Source: Patescibacteria group bacterium (GTDB lineage Bacteria; Patescibacteriota; Microgenomatia; 0-14-0-10-38-17). From it: DNA of 64,000 bases. Under the pieces are notes generated by a model that was not told where the DNA came from, searched no databases, and saw nothing but the letters and a program-made list of their open reading frames with translations. Position numbers and translations under genes: made by a program. Location: assembly GCA_050953885.1 (NCBI GenBank), contig JBMNNJ010000001.1, positions 271,437 through 335,436 on the forward strand, read 5' to 3'. Below are positions 9,650-17,416 of the stretch, piece by piece. How positions within the stretch are numbered: the stretch's first letter is position 1; each line of letters starts with the position of its first letter.

Positions 9650-10684
9650 ATGATAATGTTTAAACCTAAGTTTGAATTAACGCCAAAACTGCTTGGCAAT
9701 ATAACTAAAATAGAAAGATTATACGGCCAAATAGAGGGCCTAAAAATTCCTCAAAAATTAGAGCTTAATTTACATCGGGATAACCTCATCCAATCTTCTT
9801 ATGCTTCCAATAGTATTGAGGGGAATCCCTTGTCTTTGCGAGAAGTAACCAACCTGCTTCTGGGGGAAAGAGTTCCGGTTAACCGGGAAGAAAAAGAAGT
9901 GAAGAACTATTTTGACATTTTGCAAAATTTAAAAAATTATACCAAGAAAGAACTTGATTTACCTCTAATTATGGCTGTTCATCAACAGCTAATGAAAGGC
10001 GTAAAAGACGAAATTGCCGGCAAAATTAGAAACAAAAGAGTGGTCGTAGGAAAATATGCCCATAACGGAAAAGAGGGGGGCTTTTCCTTAGAAGTTAAAC
10101 ATGAGCCTCCTTTTCACCAGTCAAGGCAAATCATTAAAGCACTAGAAGAATTAATATCTTGGCTTAACCGTAATAAACAATTACCGGTAGTAATACAAGC
10201 AGGCATTTTTCACCACCATTTTGTTTATCTTCATCCTTTTATTGATGGTAATGGCCGAACGGCCCGCCTTTTAACGGCCTTAATTTTCCTGAAAAATAAT
10301 TACCAAATTAATAAATATTTTGTTTTAGACGATTATTATGATATTGACAAAATTTTGTATTCCGACAAGTTGCATCGCGCCGATTTGGGCGATAAAACCG
10401 AATGGCTGGAATACTTTTCCGACGGTGTTTTATATTCTCTCCAAGGAGCTTTAGTAAAAATAGAAGAAGCATTATTTAAATTAAGAGTCGAAGAAAAACC
10501 CACCCCAAAAGAAAAAGAGGTTTTGGTTCTTGTTCAAGAAAGAGAAGAAATAACCTCCCAAGAATTGGCGACAATTTTAAAAATTTCCCGCCAACAAGCT
10601 CACAATTTACTTAGTTCTTTGGTAAAAAAAGACTTCTTGAGAAAAAGAGGAACAACAAAAGGAAGTTATTATCTTTTAAAGTAG
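9650..10684 (+). CDS. Fic family protein (AMPylator-type) with C-terminal wHTH
   Basis: Fic motif HPFIDGNGRTARLL (HPFx[DE]GNGR). The C-terminal segment is winged-helix-like. Confidence 0.85.
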   Translation: MIMFKPKFELTPKLLGNITKIERLYGQIEGLKIPQKLELNLHRDNLIQSSYASNSIEGNPLSLREVTNLLLGERVPVNREEKEVKNYFDILQNLKNYTKKELDLPLIMAVHQQLMKGVKDEIAGKIRNKRVVVGKYAHNGKEGGFSLEVKHEPPFHQSRQIIKALEELISWLNRNKQLPVVIQAGIFHHHFVYLHPFIDGNGRTARLLTALIFLKNNYQINKYFVLDDYYDIDKILYSDKLHRADLGDKTEWLEYFSDGVLYSLQGALVKIEEALFKLRVEEKPTPKEKEVLVLVQEREEITSQELATILKISRQQAHNLLSSLVKKDFLRKRGTTKGSYYLLK

Positions 10685-10750
10685 AAAGAAACTCTCCTTC
10701 CTCTTTAATAGCATGATTCATTGATAATTAATTTAGGTAAGAAAAATAAT

Positions 10751-11509
10751 ATGGCAGCAATGATTAAAAACGATAAACAAATTGAGGGCATTCGCCGCTC
10801 CTGCCAGCTGGCCTCAGAAACTCTTGACTATCTAACTCCCTTTGTTAAAGAGGGGGTGAGCACTGAGGAAATTAACCGGCTAACCCATCGTTTCATTACT
10901 GACCACCAAGCCAAACCGGCCCCCCTAGGATACCAAGGTTTTCCTAAAAGCGTTTGTACTTCCATTAATGAAGTTGTTTGCCACGGGATTCCTTCCGAAA
11001 AAGAAATTCTAAAAAATGGCGATATCTTAAACATCGACGTTACCACCATCTTAGATGGCTATTACGGCGACACGTCGCGGATGTTTTTAATCGGTAAAAT
11101 TAGGAAAGAAGCCCAACTTTTGGTAGAACGAACTTATGAGGCGATGATGCGGGCGATTAAAAACTTAGGGCCGGGGAAATATCTTAATGATTGTGTGGGG
11201 CGGCCGATTGAAGAATATCTTCGCCCTTTTGGTTATGCCTCGGTGCGCGAACTTTGTGGCCATGGGGTGGGAATAGAATTCCACGAATCGCCTTCGGTTT
11301 TTTTCTTTGATACCGGTCAAAGAGGGCCACTGTTGAAACCGGGAATGATTTTTACCGTTGAACCAATGGTTAACGCTTCAACTTTCTGGAAGGTTAAAAT
11401 CGATCCCGATGACGGCTGGACGGTACGCACCGTTGACGGCGCTTTATCGGCCCAATGGGAACACACGGTTTTAATCACCGCCAAGGGGCACGAGATATTA
11501 ACTAAATAA
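10751..11509 (+). CDS. map: Methionine aminopeptidase type I
   Basis: Pita-bread fold motifs are present (VCHGIP, DGYYGD, GHGVGIEFHE). The start is set at ATG 10751; the ORF track shows an upstream extension. Confidence 0.9.
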   Translation: MAAMIKNDKQIEGIRRSCQLASETLDYLTPFVKEGVSTEEINRLTHRFITDHQAKPAPLGYQGFPKSVCTSINEVVCHGIPSEKEILKNGDILNIDVTTILDGYYGDTSRMFLIGKIRKEAQLLVERTYEAMMRAIKNLGPGKYLNDCVGRPIEEYLRPFGYASVRELCGHGVGIEFHESPSVFFFDTGQRGPLLKPGMIFTVEPMVNASTFWKVKIDPDDGWTVRTVDGALSAQWEHTVLITAKGHEILTK

Positions 11510-11744
11510 ATTCAAAAGTCAAAATTCAAAATTCAAAATTAGAAAACTAAATTGCTAAATTGTTAAAAACGTCATCCTGAACTTGATTCAGGATCGTCTT
11601 AAGAAACGGATTCTGACTTTCGTCAGAATGACGACCACGATCATCGTCATCCCTGAATTAAATTCAGGGCAGGCTCTAAACTTGATTCAGGATCAATTAA
11701 AAATACCCCTCTGGTAAAAGTTAGTATGGATTTTTTAGGATATT

Positions 11745-12170
11745 TTATAAATAGATCTTGCATATTTTATCCGCTTTTTTAATCGTCTCCCTAAGCCAAT
11801 CGGGATATTTTCCATTGCCGACTATCTCTTCCATGCTTTTCCACTCAAAACTCTTGTGCTCCTCGCTTAGCCTAACTTCTTCTTGTTTCGTAACACATAA
11901 AAAATCAATTCCCACCAGTTGTAAACCCCTATCAGCTTTAATAAATGTCCAGGCATTAAAAACTTGTTCAACTTTCACATTAAGACCGGTTTCTTCTTTA
12001 GATTCCCGCCTCACCGCTTCTCCAAGCTTTTCTCCAAATTTAATTCTTCCCCCGGGCATATCAAAGGTGTCGGGATTAATATCCTCGACATCACTTTTTT
12101 TCAAAACCAAATATTTTTTCGAGCGAGTGTTAAAGATAATCGCCTTGGTGGCAACTCCGAATTCTGGCAT
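11745..12170 (-). CDS. NUDIX hydrolase
   Basis: NUDIX box PGGRIKFGEKLGEAVRRESKEETGL. Confidence 0.75.
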   Translation of the reverse strand: MPEFGVATKAIIFNTRSKKYLVLKKSDVEDINPDTFDMPGGRIKFGEKLGEAVRRESKEETGLNVKVEQVFNAWTFIKADRGLQLVGIDFLCVTKQEEVRLSEEHKSFEWKSMEEIVGNGKYPDWLRETIKKADKICKIYL

Positions 12171-12359
12171 AGGGTTACTTTATAAAATATACTAATTTTA
12201 ACCAAATATGACAAATTTTTAGGCGATCGCCTAAAAATTTGTCATATCATATTATAAATAATAAACTCGTGGCTAAAAAATAAATGTCATCATAAACCTG
12301 TCATGCTATAAAAAGATCCGTCTCGGGCAGGGTTCTGGATTAGTATTATCCTACTAAAC

Positions 12360-12700
12360 AAGAAAAATTCTATTCGTCAGCTGGCGGATAAAATTATTCC
12401 TGTAACCGCCCCGTAACCGTTATTCCTGAATTAAATTCAGGACAGGCTCTGACGAAAATCAGGATCTGCCGTTTTCTGACAATAACACAGATTCCGGATC
12501 AAGTCCGGAATGACGGCACGGCTGTCGTCATTCCTGAATTAAATTCAGGACAGGCTCTGACGAAAGTCAGGGTCTAACTGATTCTGAATCAAGTTCAGAA
12601 TGACGCTAATCGTGGCCGTCACCCTGACGAAAGTCAGAACCTGTAACCGCCCCGTCCGTCATTCTGACGAAAGTCAGGATCGGCTTTAAAGCTTGATGCT
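12360..12700. repeat. Array of short tetraloop hairpin units (TCTGACGAAAGTCAGGA; CCTGAATTAAATTCAGG; CTGAATCAAGTTCAG)
   Basis: At least 9 hairpin units are concatenated here. The same units recur at about 395-500, 7925-8035, 11555-11700, 25465-25530, 35320-35350 and 35690-35720. Confidence 0.8.
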
Positions 12701-12780
12701 TGAAGCGCTTGAGGCTTGAATCGTTTGAATCGTTTAACGTTTTTACGTTTCAAACGTCTCATGCATTTCACATTGGGATA

Positions 12781-12935
12781 CGCGAATGGACACGAAAAAT
12801 AAACTCAAAACTCAAATGGCAAATGGCAAATCTACATGGCAAATGTTAAAACTTTTTAAAACTTAAAGTTGTTTTTTTAGTTTTGAGTTTTAACATGTAG
12901 TTTTGCGTTTTGAGATTTGAGATTTGAGTTTATCT
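12781..12935 (+). repeat. MITE-like intergenic repeat, copy 3
   Basis: See copy 1. Confidence 0.8.
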
Positions 12936-13034
12936 TTTGTTTTTGAATTTTGCCTTTTGAATTATTTTTGCGCCAGTCATTTGCTCATTCGTGTCCATTC
13001 GCGTATCCGTAGCAATATCGCAATTTAACAATAA

Positions 13035-15041
13035 TTATTTCGCTTCTATCTCCCTTATCTTTTCCCGTAATTTGATCGCCATCTCAAAATCCAAGGCATC
13101 GGCGGCTTTTTTCATTTCTCGCCGTAAATCGGCGGCTAATTTCCGCCGTTCGTTTGGCAATAGCGATTTTACTTCTCGCAACCGGCGGTTTAGGGCTTCT
13201 TCTTTTTTCTCCTCTTCTTCACCCACAATCAATTTTGATCGCACCGGTTTTTTGATCGAGTGGGGGGTAATCCCATGACGACGGTTATAATCTTCTTGAA
13301 TCGCCCGCCGGCGGTTCACCTCCGCCACCGCCCCCTTAATTGAACCGGTCAGCGTATCGGCGTAAAGAATCACCCGGCCTTCTTCATGACGCGCCGCCCG
13401 ACCCATAATTTGGATTAAGGAGGTTTTACTGCGCAGAAATCCTTCTTTATCGGCGTCCAAAATCGCCACCAAGGAAACCTCCGGCAAGTCAAGACCTTCC
13501 CGCAAAAGATTAATCCCCACCAAAACGTCCACTTCTCCCAAACGTAAATTATCCAAAACATCGCTTCGCTTTAAGGTCTCAATTTCCGAATGAAGATAGG
13601 CCACGCGCAAGTTTTCCTTTTTTAAAAAATCCGTTAAATCCTCGGCCAGCCTTTTGGTGAGAGTTAAAACCAAAACCCGCTGGTTTTTTGCCACTCTTTT
13701 TTTAATCTCGCCAATTAAATCCTGAACTTGATTGGCGGTGGGGCGAATAATTACTTCCGGGTCCAAAAGGCCGGTGGGGCGAATCAATTGTTCCACCACC
13801 TGACCACCATCTTTTGCCCTTGATAATTCCCAATCGGCTGGAGTGGCGCTCACATAGATTGTTTGCGGGGTGCGCCTTAAAAACTCTTCAAAACGAAGAG
13901 GCCGGTTGTCAAAAGCCGCGGGCAAGCGAAAACCAAAATCCACTAAGGTTTTTTTGCGCTCATAATCGCCCCGATACATCCCCCGAATTTGGGGAACACT
14001 CATATGCGATTCGTCAATAAAAAAAAGCCAATCCTGACCATAGGCCTCTTTGAAATAATCAAGGAGAGTATAGGGCGGTTCGCCCGGGGCGCGATTGTCA
14101 AAATAACGGGAATAATTTTCAATGCCGTTAACATAACCGACACGCTTAATCATTTCCAAATCATAGTTAACTCTTTCGGCAATTCTTTGCGCCTCAATAA
14201 AACGCTTTTTTTCTTTAAAAAATTTTACCCGCTCCTCCAAATCCTTCCTAATTTGGCGAAAAATTTCCTCGTCGTTTTTGCCCGCCAAATAATGGCGCGC
14301 GGGAGGAATCTTTACCTCTTCATTGTATTGAAGAGATAAGTCTTTAATTCTTTTCCCCGTTAGCGGGTCAATACATTCTATTGTATCAATGACTTCATTA
14401 GGCTGTATTAGGCGGATTAAGTAGTCGCCGGAGGAGGGGAAAATATCAAGATTTTCTCCCCGCACCCGAAAGCCGGCCCGGCGAAGCTCGTAATCCTGCC
14501 TTTGGTAACCAATTTCCACCAGCTGGCGCAAAATCTCCTCGCGGGGTAGCTGGTCGCCCTTTCTTAAGGTAAGAATATGGCGACGAAAAACTTGGGGAGA
14601 ACCAAGGTTGTAAAGACAAGAAACCGAAGCCACCACTAAAACATCGCTTCTGGTTAAAATATTATTGGTTGCCTCAAGGCGCAGTTTGTCGATTAGCTCG
14701 TTGATTTCCGTTTCCTTGGCAATATAAGTGTTGGTGGTCGGCACATAAGCCTCCGGCTGGTAATAATCGTAATAGGAAACAAAGTAGGAAACGGCATTTT
14801 TGGGGAAAAAATCGCGAAACTCCTGATAAAGCTGGCCGGCTAAAGTTTTATTATGGGAAATAACCAGCGTTGGCCGGCCAACCGCCTCAACCACCGAAGC
14901 CATGGTAAAGGTTTTACCCGAACCGGTGGTGCCCAAAAGCACTTGCTCTTTCATTCCTCCCCTAACTCCCTCAATCAACTTTTTAATTGCTTCGGGCTGG
15001 TCGCCGGTGGGGGAGAAAGGAGCCTGAAGTTTAAATTTCAT
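13035..15041 (-). CDS. uvrB: Excinuclease ABC subunit B
   Basis: N-terminus FKLQAPFSPTGDQPEAI, helicase motifs, and the C-terminal UVR domain (ALDFEMAIKLREKIREIE). Confidence 0.95.
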   Translation of the reverse strand: MKFKLQAPFSPTGDQPEAIKKLIEGVRGGMKEQVLLGTTGSGKTFTMASVVEAVGRPTLVISHNKTLAGQLYQEFRDFFPKNAVSYFVSYYDYYQPEAYVPTTNTYIAKETEINELIDKLRLEATNNILTRSDVLVVASVSCLYNLGSPQVFRRHILTLRKGDQLPREEILRQLVEIGYQRQDYELRRAGFRVRGENLDIFPSSGDYLIRLIQPNEVIDTIECIDPLTGKRIKDLSLQYNEEVKIPPARHYLAGKNDEEIFRQIRKDLEERVKFFKEKKRFIEAQRIAERVNYDLEMIKRVGYVNGIENYSRYFDNRAPGEPPYTLLDYFKEAYGQDWLFFIDESHMSVPQIRGMYRGDYERKKTLVDFGFRLPAAFDNRPLRFEEFLRRTPQTIYVSATPADWELSRAKDGGQVVEQLIRPTGLLDPEVIIRPTANQVQDLIGEIKKRVAKNQRVLVLTLTKRLAEDLTDFLKKENLRVAYLHSEIETLKRSDVLDNLRLGEVDVLVGINLLREGLDLPEVSLVAILDADKEGFLRSKTSLIQIMGRAARHEEGRVILYADTLTGSIKGAVAEVNRRRAIQEDYNRRHGITPHSIKKPVRSKLIVGEEEEKKEEALNRRLREVKSLLPNERRKLAADLRREMKKAADALDFEMAIKLREKIREIEAK

Positions 15042-15305
15042 TTTGATTCTAATTATATCATTTTCTATTATAAATCAGATTTTTTCCTTCTTCAATATAT
15101 TATATCCTATAACTATTGATTACTACTATCATTTATGATAGAATTCGGCCAATTCATTAAAAAGTTAAGATTAGCCTTAACTCTTGTTTAATGAATGAGC
15201 ACTTTGAAAGAGAGGGCCGAAGAATCTCCTTTTAGCTTTTCGTCCCCGCTAAGGGGCAAAAAATTTTGCCTTTTGGCGGGGCCGAGAAAAGAAAGGAGAA
15301 AAAAA

Positions 15306-15851
15306 ATGAATAGCCGAAGAATCGTTGGAACAATTGGAATAGTGGGAACAGTCTTGGCAGTATTGTTATTGCCTTTTTGGAGCCAGAACGATGAAGTTCA
15401 AGCTCAAGGTCAGTATCATGTCTTTTTGCCAGCTGTTCTTAATGCCGCTTCGCCAAAACAGCCAACGGTACCTCTACCGGAACCGTCTCCCACTCCTCTT
15501 CCTCTTCCTGAAAAAAGGGAATTTAATCTTTCCCTTAACTTAAGGGAACAGGAGGGGGTGACCATCCTCAACGACCGCCCTGATTGGGACGGAAAGGCTA
15601 ACAGCATTGTTAGCCTCATCGTCGTCGACGGGACGGCGGAATTTCTCTTCCAGCGTTGGGGACCTCCCGGCAAATGGGACACTATTGAAGCAGAAAAGAC
15701 GGTTAGCCTAGAGGGAACCGTTAATCTTGCTGAGTATGAGCAAGGTGTCTGGAACGATACCTTGCAAAAGGTGACCATCGCGGAAGGCGACATTGTCGTC
15801 TTGTCTGAAGAAAGCGATGGCAGCGGCATTACCATCATTCTCGTCGGATAA
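15306..15851 (+). CDS. Hypothetical secreted or membrane-anchored protein with Pro-rich linker
   Basis: ATG 15306 is preceded by GAAAGGAGAAAAAAA (Shine-Dalgarno). An N-terminal TM/signal segment is present. The PLPEPSPTPLPLPEK linker follows. I recognise no family. Confidence 0.4.
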   Translation: MNSRRIVGTIGIVGTVLAVLLLPFWSQNDEVQAQGQYHVFLPAVLNAASPKQPTVPLPEPSPTPLPLPEKREFNLSLNLREQEGVTILNDRPDWDGKANSIVSLIVVDGTAEFLFQRWGPPGKWDTIEAEKTVSLEGTVNLAEYEQGVWNDTLQKVTIAEGDIVVLSEESDGSGITIILVG

Positions 15852-15977
15852 CTATCCACTCGGCCCTGGGGAGGTCAAGTGTCCAAGAAATTGGAAAATG
15901 ATCACAATGGCGTGATCAACTTTATTTTCCTTTTTCTTGGCCTTGTCCTCCCTCTCTCTCGTGTTAAAATAAAGCCA

Positions 15978-16325
15978 ATGAAAAGCCACGGCCGCCATTT
16001 TTTAATTGATTTTTACGATTGTTCGCCCGTTCTTCTTAATGATGGCAAGAAAATAGAAAGCTTGCTTAAAAAAGCTGCCAAAATTGCCGGCAGTCAAATT
16101 GTAGGCAGCCGCGTTTACACCCTTGTTCCCCATGGGCTAACGGCGGTGGTGGTAATTAAAGAATCACATCTCATCTTAAGCTCCTGGCCCGAATATGGCT
16201 GGGCCACCGTTGACTTTTTTACCTGCGGCCAAAAAGCCCAACCCCAAAAAGCGATTGACTTTTTAATTCGCGAATTTGGGCCGAGAAAAGTAAATGTTGT
16301 GGAGGTTAAAAGGGGCTTCTTTTAA
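15978..16325 (+). CDS. speH: S-adenosylmethionine decarboxylase proenzyme (SpeH-type)
   Basis: HGRHFLIDFYDC and the self-processing ES site (KESHLILSSWPEYG) of class 1 AdoMetDC. The start is at internal ATG 15978. Confidence 0.8.
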   Translation: MKSHGRHFLIDFYDCSPVLLNDGKKIESLLKKAAKIAGSQIVGSRVYTLVPHGLTAVVVIKESHLILSSWPEYGWATVDFFTCGQKAQPQKAIDFLIREFGPRKVNVVEVKRGFF

Positions 16326-16662
16326 AAAACCTTTGACTAAGTTTTGAAAACAGCGGCTTGGCAAAAGACAGCACTTATTACTACGCTTTAAGGGCCATAC
16401 TTGGCCGGCAACTTTTCCGATTTGGTCACCGACGCGCCCGGAAAAGTGATTGCCGGTGAAGTTTACTATTATTACAACAGCGGTAACCGCCACCCCCGCT
16501 CCCGCCGGCGCGGAGGGAACTATTTTTTTTAGGTGAAGAGGAAAAGAGGAAGAAGCGGTCGGCACTACCAAAAAAGAAGCAGAGGAGAGCAAAGAAGGAA
16601 CCATTTCCGCCGAAGGAAAAGCTACCGCTCCCTCGTTTACTCTTGGATGAAAGGCTTGCCGG

Positions 16663-16941
16663 TCAGTCTGTTTTATACTCTTTTTTTACTCTTTCGGCGA
16701 GAAAAATTTTCATCAAAGACTGATAAGGAATATCTTTCTCGTGAGCAAGTTTTTTAAGAGCACTAAGCAAACTCTCCGGTAAACGGATTGTCACGGACTT
16801 GGTCGATGGCCTTAGCTCCGATAAGTCGAGATTGACAGGCTGGAAAATCTCTAAATAATCGGTAAAATCATGAGTTTCCCAAAACTTTCTCTCTTCCTCT
16901 TCGGTTCTAAATTCCGATAGGGTTTTTTTATTTTTTTTCAT
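16663..16941 (-). CDS. brnA: BrnA-like antitoxin (CopG/RHH family)
   Basis: It lies just downstream of, and overlaps, the brnT-like gene. The C-terminal segment SVTIRLPESLLSALKKLAHEKDIPYQSLMKIFLAERV matches BrnA. Confidence 0.6.
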   Translation of the reverse strand: MKKNKKTLSEFRTEEEERKFWETHDFTDYLEIFQPVNLDLSELRPSTKSVTIRLPESLLSALKKLAHEKDIPYQSLMKIFLAERVKKEYKTD

Positions 16942-17227
16942 AAAGATTTCTTTCTCTTTTACTCATATCACGAGCCGAAATGATTCTTACTTTTTCCCCT
17001 CTTAGGGTAAAAACAAGAAATAATTTTCTCCCCTCGTTAGTTTTTCCTAAGCCGACAAATCTTTTCTCTTTTTGGGAATGGTGAAAATCATAAAACAGCT
17101 TTAAATTCTTATCAAAAAATACTTCTTCGCTTTCTCTAAAACTAACGCGATGCTTTTCCCCATTTTTATATTTATTTACCTCATCCCAATCGAAACCTAA
17201 AATCTTTCTTCCCTTCTTGCCCCTCAT
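16928..17227 (-). CDS. brnT: BrnT-like toxin (DUF497 ribonuclease)
   Basis: FDWDEVNKYKNGEKHRVSFRESEEVFFD...RIISARDMSKRERNLY matches the DUF497/BrnT consensus. Confidence 0.7.
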   Translation of the reverse strand: MRGKKGRKILGFDWDEVNKYKNGEKHRVSFRESEEVFFDKNLKLFYDFHHSQKEKRFVGLGKTNEGRKLFLVFTLRGEKVRIISARDMSKRERNLYEKK

Positions 17228-17416
17228 TTTGTAAATGATTATACAATACTAAGAAAATTCTTATCAAGCCTGCTTTTGCCAAGATGTTTGTTCAAATATT
17301 CCCCTCTGTCTTCTTTTTAAAATTCTATAGCCTATATTCATTGAGGCTCTTTAACTAACGAAAATATTACGGATTATTCCATTTCTTTTCTCTTTAGGCT
17401 ATAATAAAAGATTGCC

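Noticed and set aside
12991-13278. 95-aa ORF on the plus strand at the uvrB 3' end. Also the small ORFs 16263-16604 and 16533-16757.
   Set aside because: They overlap uvrB on the opposite strand or fall in repeat DNA. They are Ser/Arg-rich and low complexity, with no start context. They are not credible.
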